Assembly: GCF_003918875.1 (NCBI RefSeq)
Contig: NW_025766936.1
Coordinates: 620,001-684,000, forward strand
From: Haliotis rubra
Taxonomy: Eukaryota
Direction of reading: 5' to 3'
Length of the DNA stretch: 64,000 nucleotides
The translations under genes and the position numbers were made by a program. The notes beneath the pieces are model-generated. The model saw only the letters and a list, made by a program, of their open reading frames with translations. It did no database searches and was not told where the DNA came from. Of the stretch, positions 25,530-39,370 are shown one piece after another (the first letter of the stretch is position 1; the number at the start of each line of letters is the position of its first letter).

Positions 25530-26810
25530 CATATTACAACATACAGTGAAGCTTTCAAAACGTTTTATGGTAAGGACATTTACAAATTTGACGCATCAAT
25601 GACAAAAATATAACCCGAAGTATTTCCCTATTTAGAGTCGCCTAATATGTTTCCAAGTAGTTTTCAGGTTAACTTATAGTTTACTTTCCTTACAATGTGT
25701 TTATTATGGGCGTCATCAGTGGGACAGGATGCGCTCAACTTTTCCCAAATATCTGTACTTATTACAATGACAGCCAACGTGAGCCTCACCATCCACTTAC
25801 GACTACAGGAGATGCAAAAAGACAGATTCTGACTCAGAATTATAACAAGATACAAAGTGACATGGCAACAGTGACGCTTATTCACATTCTGGGTGAACAA
25901 AACACACATATAAATCAGTTTTCTACTGTTACAGGAATCTCTTTACAGGTCTGTGATACCCGGAACAGGGGGGTACTTCTCTTGAACATCCGACAATACA
26001 AATAACAGCTGTACATTACGTCGACAGAAATACATTTGGTCACGTTGCTCCATCAGACAAATGTAGTACCAAATGATGAATATATACGTAGCATGCATTA
26101 ACAATAAGTATTAGACATACTATCAAACCTCTCAGGTGAACAGTGTACGACAATTGCTAGTACCTACTGAAAAATGCCCATAACAAAGGAATATGTCAAC
26201 ATTACAAAACTATTAGGCCCAGTCTCATGAATCGATCTGAGCGTTATAACTATCACAATTACTGATTCAACACTGGGTGAACACTTATTACTGAAGCAAT
26301 CAGCGATACACCAGCAGTGTGAATGTAGCCAAGTCTGCGCCAATAAGGGAATAAGTGGTCAATATTACAACATACAAGACCTCATTGAAGCTTTCAAAAA
26401 AGTTGTATAGTAAGGACATTTACAAATCAATGACAAAAATAGAATCCGATGTATTTTGCTTATTTTGAGTTGCGCTTATGGTTCAGTGTAGTTTTCAGGT
26501 TAACTTACAGTTGACTTTCCTTGCAATATGTTTATTAATGGCGCCATTGGTTAGACAGGATGCACTCAACTTTTTCCAAATATCTGTACTGGTTACAATG
26601 ACAGCCAATGTCAGCCTCATCCACTTACGATTACAGGAGATGCAAGAGACAGATTCTGACTCAGAATTATAACTTGAGGGAGAGTCAACAAGATACGAAG
26701 TCACATGGCAACAGTGACGCTTATTGAACATTCCGGGTGAACAAAACACACATACAAATCTGTATCCTACTGTTATTGCTAATCTACCATTAGGTTTACA
26801 GGTCTGTGTC
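25530..26810. repeat. Local diverged direct duplication of the receptor 3' flank (about 25530-25955 vs 26360-26810)
   Basis: Shared blocks GAAGCTTTCAAAA..TAAGGACATTTACAAAT, GTAGTTTTCAGGTTAACTTA, ACAGATTCTGACTCAGAATTATAAC and CATGGCAACAGTGACGCTTATT. Confidence 0.85.
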
Positions 26811-26813
26811 ATG

Positions 26814-28071
26814 TCAGTAAGTTGCTATCTTAAGATAACCGATTACTACTGCCATGATGAAAAGCATGAAAAACACCAAAAAGACAATCATGTCAGCCAT
26901 TCTGCTGACCTGCATCCATGTAATTGATGAGGGTTCCGATGTTTCCTTCGACATCCTTTCCTGAGTCGAGGTCTCCTGGGTTCCCACAGGAGGAGTGCCA
27001 CAGAAGCATCTCTCCCCAGGACCTTGTCATACGTCCCATCCACGTGAGAACAGGCTTGATGGCGGCGTCGCGATGGAACACGTGCATGATCCAGATGGTC
27101 AGGAACACGTAGATAGAGCTCATCACAAACAGACCAACAATGAACAAAGTAAACACAGGTATACTGTCAGCGTTCTGTGGCAGCAGTCCAGTGACGAAGG
27201 ACAGGGATACAGTGAAAGACAGCAACACACTGTTGGCAAAGGACAGCTTCTCGCCAGACTCCACAGGAATGAGGAACACCACCACATTCACTAATCCCAG
27301 CACCAGGACAAGCAGGATAGTTGTCAGTATCGCCAAAGATGGCTTTCTCTTCAGGGTCATGTTAAAGTATACAAAGCAAAAAGGTGTGTCGGTGATGTGA
27401 AAGACAACTTTCTGAAATGATGAGTTAACTATATCCCACTGGCTGTTAGAGTTAAACAAATATAATCCTATATAGTTTCTAGAGGGTTTTAAATCTACTT
27501 CTTTCGGATAACTTCCCCACTCAAACATGATATATGTACTCTCCTGTTCATCCAAAGGAAAGTTGGTAACATCCATCTGGCAGAAAGTTTTGAAGATATC
27601 GCCAGGTGACCAAGTCACAATTCCTTGGGCGGTCACTTTCATGATCCCAAAGTCGAGTCTCAGAGGCGGAATACGATCCACCACGTTGCGAATAGTGATG
27701 TAAGGTCTCCAAATCTTCCCATAGTCAGGACAAATTTCACTGACTCGCCCATACTCACTGGCGTTCCAGGTTAGAAACTCATCTTTCCAGGTCACGAAGA
27801 AAAAAACTGTGGCTGTCACTCGCTGAGTGACTTCACCAAAATCGGACATGCTGACAAGATGAAGTTCCAGTGAGACCGTGATTGTGTCACTGCTGTTCTT
27901 GACTGGTCTGACATTGGGGTTGTTGTTTCTGATGAGGTCATTGTGTAGTCGAAGTACATGGTGGTCGTCCTGACCTCTAGCTGCCCCCAGGAACAACAGT
28001 AGACAAAGTCCACATGTTGCTCCCTTGAGGTGACGCAAGCCTAGCTCTGTGTACAGCCCCAACACATACAT
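26814..28071 (-). pseudogene. nAChR-like copy 3: frameshifted, chimeric, second Cys-loop Cys lost
   Basis: Extra C at about 27014 (TCTCCCCAGG vs TCTCCCAGG in copies 2 and 4). Removing it gives 1257 nt (418 aa) ending GYLKIATY. Also DEQESTY (C to S), DFGEV and ANSVLL substitutions. Confidence 0.85.
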
Positions 28072-29315
28072 TCTCTGCCTTGTATTTAACTTTAACTGTC
28101 CATACTCTACTTGGTTGCTGGTCGGTGATGTCGTATTTGTGTCGGTCAGGTTATATTGATCATTTGCTAACGAAGGTAAAAAAAGATTTTATTCATACAG
28201 TCTTTGAATTGGGCAAGCCAGTAGTCGAATTTATGTTCTTCGTATTTTAATGTTACCTTGCCATCATTCCTTATATAAATACCATGCGCTGTTCTGTGTA
28301 CACTGCCCACCCAATTAACGACACATTTGTTTGTACCGATCTGTACTTTCAATATCTTCCTTTTAAGAAATAAATACTGCTTTAATAGCGGTACAAGAAA
28401 TATCCAGTAATATTTCATACTCTCACTACATATAGATCTAACTATAGGTACTAACTAGATCTACGCTGGAATAGATCACATGGCACCATGAAGAAAAGAC
28501 CTTGAACTATTTCGCTGAGTCATCCGTATTTCATCGTGGCATATGATCAAAGACATTGATTAATTTTCGTTCAAAAGGTCGTGTGACCACGTTGACGTTT
28601 ACTCTGGAAGAACAATCAATTATAGTCAGTATACAGTTTGCGCGTCACCTAATGCTTCATATAGATATTGAGAGAGAGCAAATACTTCAAGAAATACTTA
28701 AAGCTGAAGGCCTTTTTATCTCTGTGAACACTTTTGACAGCTTGGGTAGTAGAGATACTTTCCGTTGGCAGCAAAATGACACAGGCAAATAATACATATG
28801 GAGAGAAAGAAGCAAAACATGATGAATCACCATCATAGGACGTCTACACCCAGCACAGTTCTAAACGTCACGCAATCTGACGGGTATGAGTCTTACAATC
28901 ATATTCACAGAAGCCAAAATAACAAAGTTATTTTACAAAGATACTACGACTGTAAAGCACAAATAAAATACAGCACGAAAATAATACCTTCTTTGAGTGG
29001 CATATTTAAAAGTTGCTGAATCGGAGAAACTTTATGGATGAGCAACTTCTTTATAATAAAGTACAGTACACTCTGTCTAATTTGGACCGGCTTGGGACCG
29101 ACTAAAAAGTCCGAATTAGACAGCAGTCCGAGGTACACAGAAAAAAATACGTCTGACCAGATGTAGACTCTGATGCGCACCAAACATATGCGATCGACAA
29201 TTATCCGTAAAAAACGATGATCCCCGCTGAACTAGATCTGCGAAATTGTAAACAAGCAATAGCTGGATTCTGTATAATTGACATACAGAATATTGTTTCG
29301 AATCAAATAGGATAT

Positions 29316-29735
29316 GACTCGTGGGGTGGGGTGCAATCGGTCTGAACCAGAGAGTTGGTCCCATTTTGTTCCCGAGTCTCGGTCAAGGACGAGGAAATGG
29401 AGTCAAAAGACCCCACGTTGTACCACATTTTGGACGTCCCAGAAATCACGTCTTCCAGCAAGACAAAGCTCGTGCCTGCACTGCCAGAGCACCATTGGAC
29501 TTCCTAAGACAACATGACATCCAAACCCCACAATGACATGTACTCAGTCCGGATTGAAGGCCAATAGAACGCCTTTAAACGAGATTCAAAGAAGACTGAA
29601 TGACCACCAACCAATGCCGACAACTGCGGCTGGACTCGATCAGGCATTTTGCAGAGTATGGCCCGGCTAATTCATTCCATGTACAGATGATGCAACGCAG
29701 TCATCGATGCCCATGGAAGCAATACACGATACTGA
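29316..29735 (+). mobile_element. Degraded Tc1 transposase C-terminal fragment
   Basis: WGAIG, RPHVVP, VFQQDKARACTAR, LSPD*RPIE and AVIDAHGSNTRY*. Confidence 0.8.
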
Positions 29736-29939
29736 CTTTGAGGTTTCCTAATGTATCATTATTGTGTGAACTCTAGATGTGATTCCCGAAAATGTGTTAA
29801 CCATAATTGTCAAGTTTGGACTCAATCCTCCGTTTTGATTGTTAATTAGAGCGAAATGTATTGGTTTTAGGAAAACTATTAATCATACACTACTTAAAAT
29901 ACAAATTATAGGACTTTTGGCATCTGGCATGCCCAGCAT

Positions 29940-30838
29940 TGGCACTGTGGAACGATTGCCCTAGTGTCACCTTCATGATGGTGGCGCTGTGGAATGATTG
30001 AGCTAGTGTCCACTTCACGATGGTGGCGCTGTGGAATGATTGCTCTAGTGTCAACTTCACGATGGTGGCGCTGTGGAATGATTGCTCTAGTGTCAACTTC
30101 ACGATGGTGGCACTGTAAAATGTTTGCCCTAGTGTCAACTTCACGATGGTGGCGCTGTGGAATGATTGAGCTAGTGTCAACTTCACGATGGTGGCGCTGT
30201 GGAATGATTGAGCTAGTGTCAACTTCACGATGGTGGCGCTGTGAAATGATTGAGCTAGTGTCAACTTCACGATGGTGGCGCTGTGAAATGATTGCCCTAG
30301 TGTCAACTTCACGATGGTGGCGCTGTTGAATGATTGAGCTAGTGTCAACTTCACGATGGTGGTGCTATGGAATGATTGCCCTAGTGTCAACTTCACGATG
30401 GTGGCGCTGTTGAATGATTGCCCTAGTGTCAACTTCACGATGGTGGCGCTGTTGAATGGTTGAGCTATTGTCAACATCACGATGGTGGCGCTATGGAATG
30501 ATTGCCCTAGTGTCAACTTCACGATGGTGGCGCTGTTGAACTATTGACCTAGTGTCAACTTCACGATGGTGGCACTGTGAAATGATTGCCCTAGTGTCAA
30601 CTTCACGATGGTGGCGCTGTGGAATGATTGAGCTAGTGTCCACTTCACGATGGTGGCACTGTGAAGTGATTGCCCTAGTGTCAACTTCACGATGGTGGCA
30701 CTATGAAATGATTGCCCTAGTGTCAACTTCACGATGGTGGCGCTGTGAAATGATTGCCCTAGTGTCAACTTCACGATGGTGGTGCTATGGAATGATTGCC
30801 CTAGTGTCAACTTCACGATGGTGGCGCTGTGGAATGAC
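29940..30838. repeat. 42-bp minisatellite (about 21 copies)
   Basis: Unit TAGTGTCAACTTCACGATGGTGGCGCTGTGGAATGATTGCCC. Confidence 0.95.
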
Positions 30839-30867
30839 TTAAATCATACAGTTAAATGGGTGAAATA

Positions 30868-31007
30868 TACTCATGGAAACGAATAAGGTTCCTTTATTCT
30901 TTTCCAGGTTTCTTCACAAGCTTTGTATTGCACTGTGGGCGAAATTCTGGAAATATATAAAGGAAAACTTGTACTGTCATGTGTTTCCTTATTCGTTTCC
31001 ATGAGTA
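30868..31007. mobile_element. 140-bp Tc1-like MITE
   Basis: Perfect 21-bp TIR TACTCATGGAAACGAATAAGG / CCTTATTCGTTTCCATGAGTA, with TA on both sides. Confidence 0.85.
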
Positions 31008-33049
31008 TATTGAGATTGATGACAGATGTATGCAATCAATCTTAGAGCCCTAAAAGCGTGCAAGGTCAGAACCATACAATGGTCACTTCAGCTCCAATGT
31101 TAGTATTTGGTTCATCGAGAACTAATTTCGATTCCCAATAATTGATCAACTTCTGGAATAGTACTCTAGAACTCCGTGTTGACAGTTTAAGACGGTAACT
31201 GTGGGTTGTCAGAATAGAGACACAGAGTAGGTCTGCATGGCGCCAATACTCGGGAAACGTGTCAATAGTGTTTGATCCGTGACGACATTAGGCTGCAATA
31301 CGACCACGTTTCTAACACCCTGCTGTTAATATCTCTCCAGAACATGTCATCCCGAGACGGAGATGAAGTGTTTATTCGAGCTTCTCGCTGGCTGTACCTC
31401 CGTTTGATGATATTGATGATAGTTATTGGACACTGCGTGTATTTTCCTCCGCATTAAACAGTTTCAGAAAAGCAAATATTGCTCTAGTAGTCGCCAAAGA
31501 CAACACATATATTTGTTCCTGGCATTGTAAATGCCAGTAAGAATCAATTCGTTCCTGCATACGTTATTGCATTACCAAGCCAATTAATAGAGAATTTTTA
31601 ACAAATGATCGATATCAGTAAAACATTTCCATGGAGTTATCGTCTCAGGAATAATGCAATACCGCACACCCGGCTGCCACTAGTCAAGGCGGACCAGGGT
31701 AGGCTGGTACCAGTAGTACGTTCTGCAGTGATACCTCTGTTGTTGTCACCCTGGGAAACTGCCGAGGCTGTCGGTTGGAGATTGAATTTAGTCTATTCCC
31801 TTGGCCTTTGACAATATGAAGGTGGAGATTGAACGTAGCCGCAGATGCTTACATGACGTAGTTAGTGAACTGCTCCACAGTATGAGAGTATCTGTGAGAA
31901 AGGACGGAAGTATGACAAGAGTCCTATTTGGTCCTGCATAAGTTAAGAAATTAGGAAACGCTCCAAAATCGTTCATGTCGCTATCAGATATGTTTACATG
32001 AGGGAGAGCTGGAGTTTCAACATTTCAACACATGTATGATTTCTACTTGATATACTAGACGTATAAATAGAAAGATTGTAGAAAAGGCATATTTCAGAAG
32101 TTGTAAGGAAACACATATTTAAGATTTAATCAACCCTGAGTTGCCTATGTTGAAAGGGGGTATAGTCACGAATACGGTTGACCATCGATCACGTGACCTG
32201 ATCATACCGGAAATCATTATTATCATTATATCCACACTCCGGCACAGCGATGACTTAACATAACATCACTGCCACAGGCTAATTTGCATGTCACGTGACC
32301 GGACTTTTCTCTTGTTTGTAATCAAACGCGCATATTCATAATAAGAAGAGACGGGACTCACGAAAGCTTTTCGGCGCTCTCTTCATAATGTTTTACATTG
32401 TTACTTATATATTCTTCCACAACAGCGACAGTAAGGTTTATGACAGTACATATTTAGATATCAAACTGGCTGCATCGTTTGCTCTCCGTCGGCTTCGATG
32501 ACTGCACGTGGAGCCGTACAACCTATGTAAACAAAGGATCGCTATGCAAATCGAAATAGTGTAACATGTTTTTGGATATTTTCTCAGTGAAACTGAACCA
32601 TTCTATTAAAGATGATTAGCTAGATGTGTAGACTCGTCAAAAATAAAAGAGTAAAAGAAATCTGTACATTATATTGAATGGACATTGCAAGATGTGACGA
32701 ATCGTCACATTTTTCTGGCCTGTGGCAGAGGTACTATGCTGGCTTGCCGCATGGAACTCTGGGTAGGAGAGTGCATTATATCCATACCATTGCGACAATG
32801 GATTCTAAACAATTGTACTTTTGAAGTTTCCTACTCTCGGGGCATTTTGAAACAAGAATCATCAGCAACCACATTGATGACTGGCGACACACTCCACAGT
32901 GGAGATGTCTATACCCATACTGTACAATACCAGACAATACCAGTTGGAATGAGCCTGAAGACCAGGTTAGGGCCACCAGGAAAAGGTAAGCTTTGCAGCA
33001 GTTGTAAACTTTCAATAAATACCCACAGTCGATACTGTTATAGAAGACT

Positions 33050-35254
33050 GTGCCGACATACAGCCACAGCAATCAGCCCATCAGCTCATCTAACCTTGGG
33101 ACAGGTGCAAACATACAGCCACAGCAATCAGCCCATCAGTTCATCTAACCTTTGGACAGGTGCCGACATACAGCCACAGCAATCAGCCCATCAGCTCATC
33201 TAACCTTGGGACAGGTGCCGACATACAGCCACAGCTTTCAGCCCATCAGCTCATCTAACCTTGGTACAGGTGTCGACATACAGCCACACCAATCAGACCA
33301 TCAGCTCATCTAACCTTGGGACAGGTGCCCACATACAGCCACAGCAATCAGCCCATCAGCTCATCTAACCTTTCGACAGGTGCCGACATACAGCCACACC
33401 AATCAGACCATCAGCTCATCTAACCTTGGGACAGGTGCCGACATACAGCCACAGCAATCAGCCCATCAGCTCATCTAACCTTTCGACAGGTGCCGACATA
33501 CAGCCACAGCTTTCAGCCCATCAGCTCATCTAACCTTGGGACAGGTGCCGACATACTACCACAGCAATCAGCCCATCAGCTCATGTAACCTTTGGACAGG
33601 TGCGAACATACAGCCACACCAATCAGCCCATCAGCTCATCTAACCTTGGGACAGGTGCCGACATACAGCCACAGCTTTCAGCCCATCAGCTCATCTAACC
33701 ATGGGACACGTGGCCACATACAGCCACACCAATCAGCCCATCAGTTCATCTAACCTTTGGACAAGTGTCGACATACAGCCACAGCAATCAGCCCATCTGC
33801 TCATCTAACCTTTGGACAGGTGTCGACATACAGCCACAGCAATCAGCCCATCAGCTCATCTAAGCTTGGTACAGGTGTCGACATACAGCCACAGCAATCG
33901 GCCCATCAGCTCATCTAACCTTGGGACAGGTGTCGACATACAACCACACCAATCAGCCCATCAGCTCATCTAACCTTTCGACAGGTGCCGACATACAGCC
34001 ACAGCAATCAGCCCATCAGCTCATCTAACCTTTGGACAGGTGCCGACATACAGCCACAGCAATCAGCCCAACAGCTCAACTAACCTTTGGACAGGTGTTG
34101 ACATACAGCCACAGCAATCAGCCCATCAGCTCATCTAACCTTTCGACAGGTGCCGACATACAACCACAGCTATCGGCCGATCAGCTCATCTAACCTTTCG
34201 ACAGGTGCCGACATACAGCCACAGTAATCAGCCCATCTAACCTTGGTACAGGTGTCGACATACAGCCACACCAATCAGCCCATCAGCTCATCTAACCTTG
34301 GGACAGGTGCAAACATACAGCCACAGCAATCAGCCCATCAGCTCATCTAACCTTTGGACAGGTGCCGACATACAACCACACCAATCAGCCCATCAGCTCA
34401 TCTAACCTTGGGACAGGTGCAGACATACAGCCACAGCTATCAGCCCATCAGCTCATCTAACCTTGGGACAGGTGCCGACATACAGCCACAGCTATCAGCC
34501 CATCAGCTCATCTAACCTTGGGACAGGTGCCGACATACAGCCACAGCTTTCAGCCCATCAGCTCATCTAACCTTTGGACAGGTGCCGACATACAGCCACA
34601 GCAATCAGCCCATCAGCTCATCTAACCTTGGGACAGGTGCCAACATACAGCCACAACAATCAGCCCATCAGCTCATCTAACCTTTGGACAGGCGTTGACA
34701 TACAGCCACAGCAATCAGCCCATCAGCTCATCTAACCTTTGGACAGGTGCCGGCATACAGCCACACCAATCAGACCATCAGCTCATCTAACCTTGGGACA
34801 GGTGCCGACATACAGCCACAGCAATCAGCCCATCAGCTCATCTAACCTTGGGACAGGTGCCGACATACAGCCACAGCTATCAGCCCATCAGCTCATCTAA
34901 CCTTTGGACAGGTGCCGACATACAGCCACAGCTATCAGCCAATCAGCTCATCTAACCCTGGGACAGGTGTCGACATACAGCCACAACAATCAGCCCATCA
35001 GCTCATCTAAGCTTGGTACAGGTGTCGACATACAACCACAGCAATCAGCCCATCAGCTCATCTAACCTTTGGACAGGTGCCGACATACAGCCACAGCAAT
35101 CAGCCCATCAGCTCATCTAACCTTGGGACAGGTGCCGACATACAGCCGCAGCGCTCAGCCCATCAGCTAATCTAACCTTGGGACAGGTGCCGACATACAG
35201 CCACCGCAATCAGCCCATCAGCTCATCTAACCTTGGGACAGGTGTCGACATACA
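33050..35254. repeat. 55-bp minisatellite (about 40 copies)
   Basis: Unit ACAGGTGCCGACATACAGCCACAGCAATCAGCCCATCAGCTCATCTAACCTTGGG. Confidence 0.96.
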
Positions 35255-36824
35255 GCAATCAGGTGACAGGTGATCGCGTCACACTACAAACACATGCACG
35301 TATCAGTAAACGGAATTTACTTCAGTCAGATACATTCCTACAGATGTTATATTGCCGACATGTGTATCTGTCAATAACAACGTTACATACTACCGAAGTG
35401 AGACAAAATAATTACAGCTGACAAGCGGATTCGTCATACCAACGTGATGTGCTATGTTGAACGACCAATGATATTTAGCTGTATAGGATACACAAAGCAA
35501 GGCTATACTCCTAATGGGATACATCAGATGTAATGTGATACCCGGAACAGGGGGGTACTTCTCTTGAACATCCGACGATACAAATAACAGCTGTACATTA
35601 CGTCGACAGAAATACATTTGGTCACGTTGCTCCATCAGACAAATGTAGTACCAAATGATGAATATATAGCTACGAGACCAGCGATGTATAGTAAGGACAT
35701 TTACAAATCAATAACAAATATAGCTCCTTGGATTTACTTACTTTGGAGCCTTGTGCATCTCTCACATATCTCATGAAAGTAGTAATGGTATTAGTTAATA
35801 TGAATCATATCACTGCTAGTCGAATGCTCTTCGACTGGAAGTACTGGGAGGTCATTAAATTTCGATATACTCATCAAAAATCCTATTTTCGTAGATTAAA
35901 TAATATCACTTAGGTACAATGAATATCAAAACAGAAGAACCCTTTGTTCAAACAGTCAGAGAAACAGAAAATTTTGTGGCCTGAACTAAATAATTTGAAA
36001 GGTTCACTGTGACTGACATTATGTGAATTTAAATGTACGTCACATGTAGCTGACAAGTCGTGATTCACATTTAACGGTCAGTAAACACAACTCATGTGCC
36101 ATTTTACGGAAAGAATGACATTTTCGTGCTCTTTATTATGGTGCATTGCCTACTGATAGAGGTACCTGGCGAGTTTAGTGCGGATTTTTTCTGCACTGTT
36201 GGTAGACACCATTTCCATCTAAATATCAACAGCAACCAAAAAGACATGTCGACACGAAGCACTCGTGCTCTGTATTTCGGTAGCGTTTATCAATATCCAT
36301 AACACTGTTCCTCTCACGCTGACACAAGTGAACATGTGGTTTTACAGCAACTAACGTACTCCAGTAGGGGTATTCTCGGGACGTGGACATCCTAAGTCGT
36401 GTAAAAGCAAGTAATTTGAAGTAATTTGTAATCTAACTGTAGCAACAATTTCCTGACAGTGATTATTACTCACCTAGCGTGTACACTTATCGGAGTGAAC
36501 ACATTTTATGAAATCAGTCAACACTACAAGCGATTTCTGAGTGAACTCACTCACCTATCATAGTCACATGCTAACCACGCTTACCAGAGTGAACTACCAG
36601 AGTGAACAGACTCACGAAACCTTCACAATTCCGGTAACAGTTAGGATTTTAACACTTCCCGACCAGTTAATCCCTTACTTAAAAACAGACGACATCAAAG
36701 GAAACCCGTCTGTCCACGTCCTGAGAAGACAGACAAATATTTTCCTTAAGTCTCACCTCATGTAAAAGTACAGAAGTGGCATATATGATAAAAGGTACAC
36801 TATGGATTTAGCCGCATAAAATAA

Positions 36825-37172
36825 GTTTTCTTCTTTGAAGAACGCAGGTTTTGGCTGTAAAATAAACATGTTCTTTAAATAGTAAAATCATTTCTTCATT
36901 ATCACATATATCTAAGAAGTTGGGATAGCTGAAACACATATGGCAATATAAACTTTCACGTAGATCATCGTACAGCGCACATGCCAACAGTACATGACGT
37001 TCGACTTAAATCTTATCACTACATTGAAAACACACTCTTTCATTTACATGCATATTTGAATATCTGCCTGTTTCCAACTTTAGAGGTGCAGAACCGGATC
37101 TAAACTTGGAAAGGGCAGATCGATAAGAGCGCGGCATTTGCACACTTACATAGCTTTCGCAACCATACACAC
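36825..37172 (-). mobile_element. 3' end of a non-LTR retrotransposon ORF2 (C-terminal CCHC region), degraded
   Basis: RSALSKFRSGSAPLKLETGRY..NERVCFQC..E.HVLLAC..YDDLR is the typical C-terminal zinc-knuckle region of LINE ORF2. Contains an internal stop. Confidence 0.8.
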
Positions 37173-39370
37173 TTCTCTCGCCTCCCATACCTGCACGTGA
37201 ACCACGCTTTGCAGTGGTAGTCTCTTTATTGGACATATCATGAGGGGAAATTAAGCCGACAAACAGTCGCCAAGGTATCCCATGCACATGTTGATATGTA
37301 GATATAGATGTAGATGTTATGACTGCATACTTACCTATTACTTTTCAAGTGCTATCCATGCTGACACGGTGAATAAACGTGCACAACTTGTCTGCGTTTG
37401 TGTGGAATCGATAACAAACAGCGCGTTTCAAGGAGCGGCTATAATCGTCCTCGCGCTTTTCTTCAGACTGTCGCATGTTTTGCACGGGTAATGTGCCGTG
37501 TGTCGTAAATGTGTGAGAAACTCTTTGAAACATTCGGCAATGTATCCCTGGGCCTTCGGTGATGTAAAATACTGCCATATAGCTTGAATATTGGTGACTC
37601 CGGCGTAAAACTAAACTCACTCACTCACTCTCACGCTGATGCAAGTGAACTTGTAATTTCACAGCAATGAAGGTACTTCAGTAGTTTGTATTAGTATCCA
37701 TTACACTGTTACACTCGGGCTGTTGCAAATGAATAGTGAATCGAGAGCAGGTATATATACTGGAAATACACCTAACAGCTCGATAAAGGTCACCTATGAA
37801 GTTTTAAAATCCATGCAAACAGCACCGAATTGTTAGCAAAAGCGTATTACTCTTCGGGCATTGCAAAGTCGGCGCCTGGTCTTCGTTGAACGATTTTACT
37901 AGCGCTTACTTCAGCTAGACCAGAGTTTCCCCAGCAGACCACAGCTACAACTTTTACCCTGACCCGGAACGCTCAATCATTGACAATCTTTAAAAGCTGC
38001 CTAAAGACATACCCCTTACAAAGATTCAATTACAATGAAGGAATAGCACCTCTACTGCAGTGTATTTTAATTTTGTGTAGCGCTAGCGCTCGTCATTGTC
38101 AATTGAAATTTACATCGTCTCCCATATCTGCACGTGGACCACGCTTTGCAGTGGTAGTCTCTTTATAGGAGATATCGTCCTTGCGCCTTCCTTCAGACTG
38201 TCGCATGCTTTGCACGGGTAATCTGCCGTGCCGTAAATGTCGATGAAACTTATGACACATTCGGCAATGTATCCCTGGGCCGTCGGTGATAAAAAGAAGT
38301 CCCTATTTTGTTAAATCTGTCCAAACTTTGGGGTATTTACTGTAAGTATTATTTATGATCACTGGTACGTTGTTGGAAGCCTCTTTGCGTAATGTTTGGC
38401 GTGGTGTGCCTGGAGGTGTGGGTCAGTTTGTTTGGCACTCTTTTTCTTTCGTTTGGGGTTCGTCTCAAATAGTATTTTTTCCTTTTAGCTCCCATACGTT
38501 GTATTCACACGGATAATGTTGAACGCCGTAGCGCTTGCAGTGACTTTTGACATAGGACCAAGAACAGAAAATGTTCCACAACCAAAGGCCACTTCAGAAC
38601 AAGCGTTTAAAGTGTTGTATGTGCTAAGTTTAGTTTGGCACAAAATGGCAAAGAAGCCCGTGAAAGTTTTTGAAGACAACTTTTGCCCAGAAGTAGCGTC
38701 CAACATGGCGGCCATCAAATACACATAGCCACATTTGACGATGCTACTGTGTAGTAAGGTGCATAGACACAAAGTATGCAAAGTTTGAAAGCCGTAGCTC
38801 TTGAAGTTTCAGTGCAGCACATTTTGGGAGGAAAGTAGTCAGCATTTTGCTGAAAAACATCACCAAAAACTTCAATCCAAAATAGCGGCCAAACGGTGCA
38901 TTTTAGCGACTTGAGCCGTCCAGGCGAAATTGTAGGCATTTTGATTGCGCATCTGCTCCAGAACTTTGGCACACATTGGAGCATTAGTTTTGGAGAAATT
39001 TGCATTTGAAATTGAAATTTTTGAATTAATTTTGAATTATCTGCCCTTTGCTATTGGTCCTACAGCCTACAGATTTTAAAGCGCGATATGTACCCCTCGG
39101 TGGGCATTTGGGTGATTTTTGTCAAGGCATTCTGTCCAGCGGTGCTCTCTGTAGCTCAGTTACAAAAAAATACGGCGGAAGAATAAATACAGTAATAATA
39201 ATGGCGCCAATAATAAACTAAATATCTGTACTGGTTACACGAACGATTACAATGCAGGTCTCCTGCCAAGATAATGGCAACAGGACGCCCCGGGTGAACA
39301 AAACACACATACAAATCTGTATCCTACTGTTATTGCTAATCTACCATTAGGTTTACAGGTCTGTGTCATG

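Noticed and set aside
29890-30842. 14-aa repeat ORFs (KLTLGQSFHSATIV)
   Set aside because: Translation of a 42-bp minisatellite; no splice signals or unique coding flanks.
38300-39200. Possible non-autonomous Helitron-like interspersed repeat
   Set aside because: Composition is suggestive, but termini and family cannot be defined from this window.
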